From: the human T2T-CHM13v2.0 reference genome, Homo sapiens
Assembly: GCF_009914755.1 (NCBI RefSeq)
Contig: NC_060925.1
Length of the DNA stretch: 64,000 nt
Direction: 5' to 3' (one strand)
The position numbers and the translations under genes were made by a program. Under the pieces are notes generated by a model. That model worked only from the letters and a program-made list of their open reading frames with translations. It was not told where the DNA came from and searched no databases. Positions 31,750 to 56,272 of the stretch are shown here, in pieces; the stretch's first letter is position 1; every line of letters begins with the position of its first letter.

Positions 31750-32366
31750 ATTATGGAATAAATGTTTGTGTCCTCCAACATTCTTATGTTGAAATCCTAA
31801 CCCCCAAGGTATGTATTAGGAGATGGGGCCTTTGGGAGGCGATTAGGTCAGGTGATTAGGTGTTTGGTGCCCTTACAAAAGAGACCCCCAAAGAACTCTC
31901 TTCTTATTTTGTTTTTATTTTTTTAGAGACAGGGTCTTGCTCTGTCACCCAGGCTGCAGTGCAGTGGCACTATCATAGCTCACTGCAGCCTTGAAATCCT
32001 GGCCTCAAGTGATGGTCTTGCCTCAGCCCCCAAGTAGCTGGAACTACAGGTTCTCACTATGTTGCCCAGGTTGGTCTTGAATTCCTGGCTTCAAGCAATC
32101 CTCCTGCATTGGTCTCCCAGAATGTTGGTATTACAGGTGTGAGCCACAGTGCCTGGCCCCCAGAGAACTCTCTAGCCCTCTTTCTGCCAAGTGAGGTCAC
32201 AGCAAGAAGACAGTCAATGAACCAGGAAGCAGGCCCTCACCAGACACCGAATCTTCCCATCCTTTGATCTTGGTTCCCAGCCTCCAGAACTGTAAGAAAT
32301 ACATGTGTATTGTTTAAACCATCCAGTCTATGGTATTCTGTTATAGCAGCCTGAACTGACTAAGAC
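31750..32366 (+). mobile_element. MLT1A/B-like LTR with internal Alu, nested in an older MLT1 relic
   Basis: 'aatgtttgtgtc..gaaatcctaacccccaagg..ccctcaccagacacc..atagcagcctgaactgactaagac'. Confidence 0.75.
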
Positions 32367-32759
32367 GGTCCCTTTCATCTCACTGAGCAGGGCTGGAGCA
32401 TATCTTCATTCCTAAACCAACTACTGGCAAGAAGGATGGAATGAATGTGATGGGCTAAGATCAATCATGTGGGGTGGAAGAGTGCTTAGGGAGTCAACCC
32501 TATGCCTTCTCTAGAAGTCTTCCTCCGGGAGGTGGGAATTGAAGCTGAAAGCATGGATGAGCTCACCCAGAGAGTGTTCAGAGGGAGAAGCACAGAGGAC
32601 CTAGGTGCTTCAGTTGAGCTGGAAATCCAGCTCAACTGGAAGGCTACAGAGGCAGACACCGAATCAGTTACGGCTCCTGCTGCAGAAGGGCTTCCTGTCT
32701 GATGGAAGGGACCGCCATCAAATACAGTTACAGATGGACCCAAAGTGTAGTTGGGTCAG

Positions 32760-35520
32760 CCTGTGACAGTAAACTGGATTGAAGTCCCAGTTGTGTATTA
32801 ATAACTGTGTGACTTTGGGCAGGTTACTTAAGCTCTATGGCTCAGTTTCTTCCTCTGTAAAGCACCCTATACATAGTAAATATCAAATAACTACAGTTAT
32901 TATTGTCCACATGATTATGATATTTAGGTGGTGGGAGGCCAATGGATGGGATCTAAGCAGGAAAGCGTCCTAGTCAGCTTTACATTTCAATAGGTAGCTT
33001 GGGCAGCCTGTGTTCTGTCCCTGCTCAGAGGTACCTCTTACCCTCACTGAGTTTCCATCCATCTTCCCCCAGAACTGAGCCCCACCAGACCCTTTCAGGC
33101 CCCAGCAGCATCTCCACAAACTCTCTCTGTTGATTTTAGCTGTGCTTCTGTGCCTCGGAATCAGGATGAGTTACTGAGTTACTGTCCCTCATTTCACCTC
33201 TGTCCACTTGGCATTGTTGCCGCTCCAAGAAATTAGTCAGGTTTATTAAGCACGACCTCTCTTTTGTGAGCCCTGTTCCTGGCCTGCTGATCTGTACCTG
33301 TCTGCTGCTCTCCTGGCTCGGCTCAACTGGAGAGGCCTCAGCCTCCATTACTGCTTTGGTGGGGGCAGGGATAGGCGGCCGGGTGGTCACATCTTTTGTT
33401 TGCAAAGACTGACGCGCCAGGCTGGATCACAGACAAAGGCAGGACGCTCTGCTAGAGTGAGCACAAGGCCCTTTGTTGCCATGGCTGTGGAAAAATAGGA
33501 ACAAAAAGGATAAATGTTGCATCCAAATATGCTAATAATTAACACTTAGCACCATGGATATAAAAAGCACTTAATGCTAAATTACAATAATCATAATAGC
33601 TAGTCTTTATTCAGCCCTACTCCATACGGCACCATGGTTTGGTAGCTTAGTATGTGTGAGCTAGAGCCTAAGTGCTTGGGTCCAAATCCTGGCTCTGCTA
33701 TTTACTAACTCTGTGACCTCGGGCAAGTTACTCAAGCTCTCCTCTCTCAATCTTTGCATCTGTAAAGCACAGATAATGAAAGTACACAGCTCATAGGGTA
33801 TATGAGTTCACACCATGCTTAGAAAGCACTTCAACATGGCCTGCCACATCATAAGCACTCAATGAATATTTTATTTTTATATACATTTTTATAGACATTG
33901 ATCAGCAAATTTAGACCTCAAAACAAACTTGTGACATAGATATTATTATTCCTATTTACCAGTTGAGGAACTCAAGACTCAGAGAGGTTGAGTAACTTTC
34001 CCAAGGTCACCCACCAAGAAAATAGCAGAACCCAGTTGTGTCTGACTATAAAGTCCTGTGCTTTCCACCGCACCAGGTGACTGTCTTCCATGAGCTTCTG
34101 GCAAGAAGCCCCAGGTCAGTGTAAGGGTACATTGTTGATGACTGTCTCACAGTTCCCTCTTCCCTTTAGTCACAGTTGGAACACACTAGGTGTTTTCAGA
34201 ATGAAGGACGCAGGAGTCCCGAGTACAAGGCAGCATCATCAGTCGTTTCTGTCCACTCCAGCCCTGCATTATGCTCAGCCTGCCCTAGAATGTGCAAGGC
34301 CCAGTTCTCTGATAGAAGATGGAAGGCCAGCTGTGGAAGGACAGAGACATGACCCAGCTCTGATGAGGACTTGCTCAAGCTCCACCTGTCCGATGATGTG
34401 GCTAGCTGAGTGGAGCCACAGGGCAGAAACTGGCCACACCACAGGGCAATGGGTCACACCAGACACAGGGGCTGGGTAGGTCTGGGGCCAAGGTGGCCTT
34501 GGCAGATTTTTGCACCCTAAGACTCTTGGACAGAGTCAAGGAAATGCAGTGAACCTGCACAGCCTAAAGCCCACTGCATTTCAATAGCAGCTCCCTGCTA
34601 GGGAACTTAAGATTCCTGAAGGATGTTTGTATTTTGTTTTTTAATATGAAGGAATCCCAGAGTCTGGCTTATTACATTTCCTGTGGAGGGGACATCTGGC
34701 TGCCAGGCCACTGCCCATCACAGTCAGGCCTTGGTCCATACCTGTACAAAAGCAACTTTTGTTCACTATTCAAAAGCAGCTCAATTCCTAAGTGACTGCC
34801 TGGGCAAAATAAAACTCAGCCTTACAATGTCCCTGGGAAGGAGAGAAGCCTGGCTATACAATTAACTGCAGTCATTCACTGAGCATGACCCTGGTCACAG
34901 CCCCCACCCAGCACTTGTCCCTCCAGTTTATGGCTAACTCTCGTGCTCTCCCATGTCCAGAAGTCCCTTTGCAATCATATGAGAGTGGGCTAGGTCCATC
35001 CTGGACTCTGGGAAACATAGCCCTGGCTCCTCAATTAGAACCCAACTTGGTGTCAGAATAAGGGCCCATGAAGGAGCCTCCCTGGATGTCCCCAGGCTAT
35101 GTCCACATTTAGCTCAAGGTGGCAGAGCCCACTCATGAAAGGACAAGCAAGCTGTCAATGCCATGTGCCCATCCCCTTCCCCAAGCCCTGATCACAGGCC
35201 CCCTTCCTCAACCCCTTCCACCCACACCTGCCTCTTGCTTCCCATTCATATCCCTGGGTTCCCAAATGAAGATTAGAGCAGCAGAAAAATGGCCAGGCTG
35301 CAGGTTCAGGGAAAATCACAGGAGCTCTGTGGTTGAACAGACATGGGTTTGAATTTCACCACTTAACACCTGTGTGACTTGGGCTGGTTACTTAATCTCT
35401 GAGTCTCAGTTTTCTCATTTCCAAAAAGGGAGTAAACTGTACTCTTAGGATTTCTATAAGGATTAGAAACAATATGTGTAAGTGTGTTATACCCAGTGGC
35501 ACTCACTAAATGGTAGCGAT
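32760..35520. mobile_element. Scattered MIR SINE relics (~32780-32900, 33640-33870, 33880-34070, 35320-35520)
   Basis: MIR cores 'tgtgactttgggcaggttacttaa..ctcagtttc..ctgtaaa' and 'gaggaactcaagactcagagagg'. Confidence 0.75.
33175..33295 (-). mobile_element. Ancient CR1/L3 LINE reverse-transcriptase fragment
   Basis: Translates as GLTKERSCLINLTNFLE..QVDRG, resembling the CR1 RT motif (Q)HGFTKGRSCLTNLISF..VDEG. Confidence 0.65.
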
Positions 35521-35727
35521 TGCCTGGCAAAGGTGAGTCTCTTTATATTTATTTACAGTGTAAATACTGTTTCTCTCTTAATTCTTACAATCACCAGGCT
35601 GCATGCAGGGTCTGCCCACCACAGATGTTGCTGTGAGGGGCTTGGCTGGGTTGAAGCTAAGCCCTCTTGCTGGGCATAGACCTTGCTCCAGGTCAGATAT
35701 GGGAGTTTTGGCTCTTCTGACTGTGGT

Positions 35728-35842
35728 TGGGTGACCAACTCTCCCACCTGCCTGGGATTATCCCAGCTTTAGCACTGAAAATTCCTTGTCCTTGGAACAC
35801 TGAAAGTTCAGTCCTGGGAAAACTGGGATGGTTGGTCACCCT
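35728..35842. mobile_element. MER94-like hAT-Blackjack MITE
   Basis: Terminal inverted repeats gggtgaccaac ... gttggtcaccc. Confidence 0.75.
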
Positions 35843-36139
35843 ATCAAGGCAGCTGGCCAGGACAGATGGAAAGGTATCAGACCTTGTGGGAAGAAGCTGG
35901 GCTTTTCGACAACCTTTCCAACTTGCTGGATGAACACACCAGGCTGGGGACCACTCAGCCTAGACTGAGTTAAGCTGAGGCCAATGATGACATCTACAGG
36001 TCATATGAAAAAACTGCAGCCTAAGAATCACCCACTTGGCCCGTAAGTGGTTCGTTCATACATTTATTGTGGTTCATATATTCATATATGTAATGTGAAT
36101 AAACATATTCATATATTTATTGTGCTCTCAACACTGGGC

Positions 36140-39013
<2,874 letters not shown>

Positions 39014-39469
39014 CCGAAAAAGAATTTTTTAAAGTCACCATCTCTACGAGGTTTTTCTGGGCCACCCCCCGGTAAAATGTCAAGCCCTCGACGAGCCGGG
39101 AGAGAGTCGGAATCCTGTGGGGGAGGCAGGGGCGTGTCCAGAAAGGCGGGAGCTTCCGGAACCGCTTAGAGCTAAGGGAGCTCGGAGCGGGGGCCGGGGC
39201 CGAGGGCGGAGCAGGGTGGGGAAGGGGCGGGTCCAGAAAGACGGGAGCTTCCGAGGCCGCCTCCACAGGAAGGGAAAGGGGCGGGAGCTTGGAGGGGGCG
39301 GGTCCAGAATGGCGGGAGCTTCCGGGGCCGCCGCCTCTGGAAGGAAAAGGGGAGGGAACGTAGAGGGGGAGGGAACGTAGAGGGGGCGGGACCAGGAACG
39401 AGAGCGCGTGGGTTTCTGGGGTGTCCGCCGGCGCCCCCTGGGATTGGGGAGAGAGGGAAGGGCTGAGGC

Positions 39470-41175
39470 TCACGGTTTCGGAGTAAGGGGAGCGGCCCGG
39501 CGAGCCGCCGCGCCTGGGTTAAGAGCTGCAGGAGGAACGTGGCTTCACGAGTTCGGCTCCTCGGCCATCCACAGCCCGGGCCTCCGCCTCTGCTGACCTG
39601 GCGGCTGTAGAAGGCAGAAGAGGCCTGAAACCTGCAGCAGGAGCACCACCCTGCCCCGCGGCCCCGCGCGCCCTCCAGTGGCGTCATCCCATCCGCTTTG
39701 ATCTCGACTGGCGCGCCTACCCTCGGCAGCGGCACCCCTTGGGAGCGCAATCGCGGGCAGACTCCGAGGACCCATCTTGCGAAAGTTCTGCGAGGTCCTG
39801 ACTTTAAGGGAACAGGGGTCGTACTTGGGCCATGGCCGGAAGGGAGATCCAACATCCATGACGACGTCTACCCCCCAGCCTGCCCCTTCAGAGCCCAGTC
39901 TGTGCCTTGCGTCAAAGTCAAGCAAGGGCTCTTGTAGGGCACCGAGCCCCAGCCAAAATCACCCTTTTCTTTCAGATAGCCCCCACTTACCCCCAGAAAC
40001 CTTACTCTCTCCCTCGGGAGCAGGTGGGAAGTGAAAGGCCGCGGGGGCTGTTTCTGCTCTGCTTGTCTGTACCTGTGGCCCTTGAGTGGAAAACCCCGCC
40101 GCTGGACCAAAGACCTGGAGGCTCCAGGATTGCCCACTTGGGACCCTGACTATGAAGGGTCAAGATAGCCCATTCTGCCCCAGCACTCAGAGCCCTATTA
40201 CCAAGGCCCCTACTCCAAGAATCCACCATCAAAACCGGGGCCCTGCCAGTGCCTTCCCAGTGTTCAGGCCTAGGGAAGAATAGCCCCATTATGCCTGTTA
40301 CTCCTGATCCTTCTGCAGTCTCTCTCTTTGTGACCCCATGGCCTTTGCTGCTATGTCTGCCCTGGCCCCACAGAGTGCCAGGTCAGAGCCACCCTGGCCT
40401 ACATAGCAGGGCCCCGGTTCACAGGCTAAAACCTGGGCCTCCTGCCAGGCTGCAACTCCCAGCTGCACACCGCAACCTGAGACATCTCAGCATATTCTAG
40501 GAACTAGTAATGGGGACGCTTCCGACTCGCTGGGGAAGGGAGATGAGGGCCTCTAGCTCTCCATGCCCAGTCTCTCATCATCAAAGTCATTTAAGGCCCC
40601 AGCGACCCCAGGGTTCAGCAGCATCCTGTTCATCATGAGCAGAGGGGTGACTGAATAGAATGGGAGGCAGGTGTGGCCTGAGCAGTTCCCAACCTGAATT
40701 TTCCTTTGAGCTTGGTGATTTGGGGCGGGGGATTGAGATATTTTCCTTTCACTTGTGGGAAATCTTGGGGCCCCACAAATCACTAAGCTGAAGGGAAAAG
40801 TCAAGCTGGGAACTACTCAGGGCAAACCTGCCTCCCATTTTATTCAGTCACTCCTCTGCTCGCTGAGATAGACACATACCTGATTGCCTCCTTTGGAGAG
40901 GCTTGTCAGAAACAAAATAATGCAACCATTTGTCTCTCAGCTACCTGCGACCTGGAAGCCCCCTCCCCACTTCGAGTTGTCCCCGCCTTTCTGGACGGAA
41001 CCAACGTACTTCTTACATATATCGATTGATGTCTCATGTCTCCTTAAAATGTATGAAAACAAACTGTGCCCTGACCACCTTGGGCACATGTCGCCAGGAC
41101 TCCCTGAGGCTGTGTCACGGGCACGCATCTTCAACCTTGGCAAAATAAAGTTTCTGAATTAACTGAGACCTGTCT
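39470..41175 (+). ncRNA. LINC01144: Probable unspliced lncRNA from the CpG island to the LTR poly(A) signal
   Basis: Position ~23 kb upstream of HPDL agrees with recalled annotation. Promoter upstream, AATAAA at 41144-41149, no credible CDS. Transcript ends cannot be determined from sequence. Confidence 0.55.
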
Positions 41176-41194
41176 CAAATTTTCAGGGTTCACA
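40754..41194 (+). mobile_element. MER4A/MER4A1-type ERV1 LTR
   Basis: 'aaatcttggggcccc..aagggaaaagtcaagctgggaact..ggcaaaataaa..gggttcaca', followed by tgg (degenerate PBS). Confidence 0.85.
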
Positions 41195-48700
<7,506 letters not shown>

Positions 48701-48785
48701 TTCTCATATGAAATTACTTCTCCCTAAGCTGCCTGGCAAAAAAAAAACAACCTATTTATTTAGGGTTTTTATTTTAATTAATTAA

Positions 48786-49742
<957 letters not shown>

Positions 49743-49984
49743 TGAAGTAGACAAAAATGATTCACCTTTTTTAAAGGTGAATTCACTTTTTTTTAGCAAG
49801 AATGTTTTCCTACAATATATATTTTATTTGAAAATACCCAAATAATGAAATATCTATTATTTAATATAACTATGGATTCTAAATTATGACGTTTGTCTGC
49901 AAGTATTTATTGCATTTCATTTACCTACTTTAATTGTTTACCTAGACTATTTATGAAAATTGTGATAGTCATCATTTAAAGTCA

Positions 49985-50175
49985 TGAAACTGCCATTCCA
50001 AAATTACAGCTGAGATAGTGAAAAAGATCTGCCCTGAGTCCATCTTGCTTCTCACCTTCAAGCTGTCTTTGTTCATTCCTGGGCGTAGGCTGAACTAACT
50101 TTGGGAGGAACGTAGTTTATAGGTTAGCTTTGAAACAAAAATGGTAAAAGTCCTTTCCCAAAGCAAACTTCCTTA
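49985..50175 (+). mobile_element. LTR8-like 5' fragment
   Basis: tgaaactgccattccaaaattacagctgagatagtgaaaaagatctg..ccatcttgcttct..ttcctgggcgtaggctgaactaactttgggagga. Confidence 0.7.
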
Positions 50176-50340
50176 CTAAATTCAAGATTTAGCTGTTTTC
50201 ATTAAACAAATATCAATGGTTTATTTACTAAAGATTATAAAAGCAAAGATCATTCTGTCTTGGGCTGGGTTCATAGTTTTGTAACCCTTATGCCAAATAT
50301 TGATGCCGTATAGTATTTGGCAGGGACAAGTATGAATTAG

Positions 50341-50732
<392 letters not shown>

Positions 50733-51177
50733 TAATTAGAGCTCTTTTATGTATTTTTAGTAGTGAACCATTGTATACACAACACATAAATACATACACA
50801 TATTACGCATCCCGATAGATGTACATCTTATAGATTCTTAGACTTTCAGATTCTTGATAAGTTGTTTCATAACCCTAGGCAATTGTCAGCTAAATAGCCT
50901 CAAATTTGCAGATTAAAGGAAACAAGTCGAGTGAAAATCAAATAACAATTTATATCATAAGTTACAGAGATAAAAAGTCTGGTTTGATAGGGGAAATTAA
51001 AGATGGATGCTGGCCAGGTGAGGTGGCTCATGCCTTTAATCCCAGCACTTTGGGAGGCCAGCTCACCTGAGGTTGGGAGTTTGAGACCAGCCTGACCAAC
51101 ATGGAGAAACCCTGTCTTTACTAAAAATACAAAATTAGTCGGGCGTGGTGTCACATGCCTATAATCCCAGCTACTCA

Positions 51178-51282
<105 letters not shown>

Positions 51283-51345
51283 TCAAAAAAATAAATAAAT
51301 AAATAAAAGATGGATGCCAAATCAAACATAAAATTACAAAAATCA

Positions 51346-51480
<135 letters not shown>

Positions 51481-51520
51481 CTAGGCATGGTGGTGCACGC
51501 CTGTAATCCTAGCTACTCGG

Positions 51521-54500
51521 TGTCAGGTCTCTGAGCCCAAGCCTGCGTGTATACATCCAGATGGCCTGAGGCAACGAAGAACCACAAAAGAAGTGAAAAT
51601 GGTCGGTTCCTGCCTTAACTGATGACATTACCTTGTGAAATTCCTTCTCCTGGACAATGAATCTCAGAAGCTCCCCCACCGAGCACCTTGTGACCCCTGC
51701 CCCTGCCCACCAGAGAACAACCCGCTTTGGCTGTAATTTTCCACTACCTACCCAAATCCTATAAAACTGCCCCACCCCTAACTCTCTTTGCTGACTTCTT
51801 TTTTAGGCTCAGTCCTCCTGCACCCGGGTGATTAAGAAGCTTTATTGCTCATACAAAGCCTGTTCGGTGATCTCTTCACACAGACGCATGTGACATTTGG
51901 TGCCGAAGACCTGGGACAGGAGGAATCCTTTGGGAGACCAGTCCCCTGTCCTCGCCCTCACTCCATGAGGAAATTCCCCTATAACCTCAGGTCCTCAGAC
52001 CAACCAGCCCAAGGAACATCTCACCAATTTCAAATCAGGTAAGCAGTCTTTTCACTCTCTTCTCCAGCCTCTCTCATTACCCTCCAATCTCCCTGTCCTT
52101 CCAATTCCAGTTCTTTTTCCTCTCCAGTAGAGACAAAGGGGACACATTTTATCCACGGACCCAAAACTCCGGCGCCAGTCACGGACTCAGGAAAGTCTTC
52201 CCTTGGTGTTTAATCACTGCAGGGACGCCTGCCTGATTATTCATCCACATTTCAGAGGTGTCTGATCACTGTGGGGACACCTGCCTTGATCCTTCATCTT
52301 GGTGGCAAGTACCACCTCCCCTGAGTGGCAAGTACCACCTCCCCTGGGTGGCAAGGACCACCTCACTGCCGTGTCTCTACCCTCTCTTTTCTCTGGGCTT
52401 GCCTCCTTCACTATGGGCAATCTTCCACCCTCCTTTCCCCCTTCATCTCCCTTAGCCTGTGTTCTTAAAAACCTAAAACCCCTTCGACTAACACCTGACT
52501 TAAAACCTAAACGTCTTATTTTCTTCTGCAATACTGCTTGACCCCAATACAAACTCAACAATGGTTCCAAATGGCCAGAAAATGGCACTTTTGATTTCTC
52601 CATCTTGCAAGACTTGGATGATTTTTGTCAAAAAATGGACAAATGGTCTGAGGTGCCTGACGTCCAGACATTCTTCTACATATTGGTCCCACCCTAGTCT
52701 CTGCTCCTAATGTGACTTGCCCCAAATCTTCCTTCTTTCTCTCCTGTCTTTTCCTTCAGTCTCCACCCCAAGCTCTGAGTCCTTTGAATCCTCCTTTTCT
52801 ACGAACACATCTGACCTCTCCCTTCCTCCCCAGGCTGCTCTTTGCCAGGCCGAGCCAGGTCCCAATTCTTCCCAGCCTCCACTCCCCCACTCTATAATCC
52901 TTCTAGCACCTCCCATCCTCACATCCAGTCCGCTTATCCGTGACTAACCCTCCCCCACCTGCCCAACAATTTCCTCTTAGAGAGGTGGCTGGAGCTGTAG
53001 GTATAGTCAAGGTTAATGCTCCTTTTTCTTTAGCCAACCTCTCCCAAATCAATTAGCATTTAGGCTTTTTTTCATCAAATATAAAAACCCAGCCCAGTTC
53101 ATGGCCCATTTGGCAACAACCCTTAGACGCTTTACTGCCCTAGACCCCAAGGGGCCAGAAGGCCGTCTTATTCTCAATATACATTTTATTACCCAATCCA
53201 CTCCCAACATTTAAAAAAAGCTCCAAAAATTAGATTACAGCCCTCAAAACCCACAACAAGACTTAATTAACCTTGCCTTCAAGGTGTACAATAATAGAGA
53301 AGACACAGCCAAGAGGCACCGTATTTCTGAGTTGCAATTACTTGCCTCTGCTGTGAGAGAAACCCCAGCCACATCTCCAGCGCACAAGAACTTCAAAACG
53401 CATAAACCACAGCAGCCAGATGTTCCTCCAGGACTTTCTTCCCCAGGATCTTGCTTCAAGTGCTGGAAATCTGGCCACTGAGCCTTGGAATGCCCACTAC
53501 CTGGGATTCCTCCTAAGCCGTGCCCTGTCTGTGTGAACCCCCACTGGAAGTCAGACTGTCCAGCTCACATCGCTGCCACTCCTAAAGCTCCTGGAGATCA
53601 AACCCAACATTCCTTGGCTGACTCCTTCCCAGATCTCCTCGGCTTAGTGGCTGAAGATTGACACTGCCCGAGCGCCTCAGAAACCTCCAGGACCATCACA
53701 GACCCTTTGGGTAACTCTTACAGTGGTGGGTAAGTCCGTCCCCTTCTTAATCAATACAGAGGCTACCCACTCCACATTACCTTCTTTTCAAGGGCCTGTT
53801 TCCCTTGCCTCCATAACTGTTGTGGGTATTGATGGCCAGGCTTCTAAAACTCTTAAAACTCCCCAACTCTGGTGCTAACTTGGACAACATTCTTTTATGC
53901 ACTTCTTTTTAGTTATCCCACCTGCCCAACTCCCTTATTAGGTCGAGACATTTTAACTAAATTAGCTGCTTCCCTGACTATTCCTGGGCTACAGCCACAT
54001 CTCATTGCCTCTCTTTTCCCCAGTTCAAAGCCTCACCCCTTACTATCCCATTAAAACCTAATCACCCTTACCCCACTCAATGCCAGTATCCCATCCCACA
54101 ACAGGATTTGAGGTGACTAAAGCCTGTTATCACTCACCTGTTACAGCATGGCCTTTTAAAGCCTACAAACTCTCCTTACAACTCTCCTATCCTACCTGTA
54201 CAAAAACCGGACAAGTCTTACAGGTTGGTTCAGGATCTTCACCTTATTAATCAAATCGTCCTTCCCATCCATCCTATAGTGCCAAACTCATATACTCTCC
54301 TATCCTCAATACCTCCCTCCACAACCCATTATTCTGTTCTGGATCTCCAAGATGCTTTCTTTACTATTCCTTTGCACCCTTCATCCCAGCCTCTCTTTGC
54401 TTTCACTTGGACTGACCCTGACACCCATCAGCCTCAGCAACTTACCTGGGCTGTACTGCCACAAGGCTTCAGGGACAGCCCCCATTACTTCAGTCAAGCC

Positions 54501-56035
54501 CTTTCTCATGATTTACTTTCTTTCCATCCATCTGGTTCTCACCTTATTCAATACTTTGATGACCTTCTACTTTATAGCTCCCCCTACAAATCTTCCCAAC
54601 AGGACACCCTCCTGCTCCTCCAACATCTATTCTCAAAAGGATATCGCATATCCCCTCTAAAGCCCAAATTTCTTCCTCATCCATTGCCTATCAGCATAAT
54701 TCTCATAAAAACACATGTGCTCTCCCTGCTGATCGTGTCCAGCTAATCTTCCAAACCCCAACCCCTTCTACAAAGCAAAAACTCCTTTCCTTCCTAGGCA
54801 TGGTTACGTACTTTCACCTTTGGATACCTGGTTTTGCTATCCTGACTAAACCATTATATAAACTCACAAAAGCAAACCTAGCTGACCCCATCCTAAATCC
54901 TTTCCCCCACTCCTCTTTCCATTCCTTAAAAACAGCCCTAGAAGCTGCTCCCACACTAGCTTTCCCTAACTCATCCCAACCCTTTTTCATTACACGTAGC
55001 CGAAGTGCAGGGCTGTGCGGTCAGAATTCTTACACAAGGGCCAGGACCCCACCCTGTAGCCTTTCTGTTCAAACAACTTGACCTTACTGTTTTAGGCTGG
55101 CCCCCACATTATTTCTGATACCACACCTGACCCCCGTGACTGTGTCTGTCTAATCCACTTGGCATTCACTCCATTTCCCCATATTTCCTTCTTTCCTGTT
55201 CCTCACTCTGATCACACTTGGTTTATTGATGGCAGTTCCACCAGGCCTAATTGCCACTCACCAGGAAAGGCAGGCTATGCTATAGTATCTTCCACATCTA
55301 TCATTGAGGCTACCGCTCTGCCCCACTCCACTACCTCTCAACAAGCCGAACTCATTTCCTTAACTCGAGCCCTCATTCTTGCAAAAGGACTGCATGCTAA
55401 TATTTATACTGACTTTAAATATGCCTTCCATACTGCACCACCATGCTGTTACATGGGCTGAAAGAGATTTCCTCTTCTCAAGGCCGCTTTATTTCCAAAG
55501 GAAGCTGGAGTCATTCACTGAAAAGGCCATCAAAGGGCCTCAGACCCCATTGCTCAAGGCAACAATTATGCTGATAAGACAGCTAAAGAAGCAGCCTGTA
55601 TTCCTACTTCTGTCCCTCATGGCCAGTTTTTCTCCTCATCAGTCACTCCTACTTACTCTCCCACTGAAGTTTCCACATATCAATCCCTCCCTACTCAAGG
55701 CAAATGGTTCTTAGACCAAGGAAAATACCTCCTTCCAGCCTCACAGGCTCATTCCATTCTATCGTCCTTTTTAACCTCTTCCATGTGGGTTACAAGCCAC
55801 GAGCTCGCCTCTTAGAACCTCTCATTTCCTTTAAGACATTTGCCCTGCATTTCACTCCATCCTTGGCTACCTTCCCCTTGTTCTTCGGACTCTCCTCCTA
55901 GCTGTCCTCTTGCTTGCTTATACCTGGCCCCATGAATAGCAGTGAAAGGTTATTCATAGACACTATGCGCTTTCTCATACACCATAAAAATCGAACCTCC
56001 CCCTCTACCCAGTTGCATCATCAATCCCCATTGCA
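51521..56035 (+). mobile_element. HERV-H provirus (5' LTR7 51521-51895; gag/pro/pol degenerate; 3' truncated) inserted into an Alu
   Basis: tgtcagg..gtgaca LTR, PBS at 51898, Gag zinc knuckle CFKCWKSGH, protease LLGRDIL, RT VQDL/DLQDAFF/LPQGFRDSP/YFDD, RNase H WFIDGSS..SQQAEL..YTD. Many stops and frameshifts. Confidence 0.93.
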
Positions 56036-56137
56036 ACCTCTACCTCCCAGGTACAAGTGATTCTCCTGTCTCAGTCCAAGTAGCTCAGATTACAGGCATG
56101 CACCACCATGCCTGGCTGATTTTTTTGTATTAAGTAG

Positions 56138-56272
<135 letters not shown>

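Noticed and set aside
52302-52365. 23-bp triple repeat gtggcaagtaccacctcccctg
   Set aside because: Lies in the HERV-H leader, where such short repeats are usual.
54225-54746. 173-aa RT ORF as a domesticated gene
   Set aside because: Non-ATG fragment of a frameshifted HERV-H pol with flanking stops.
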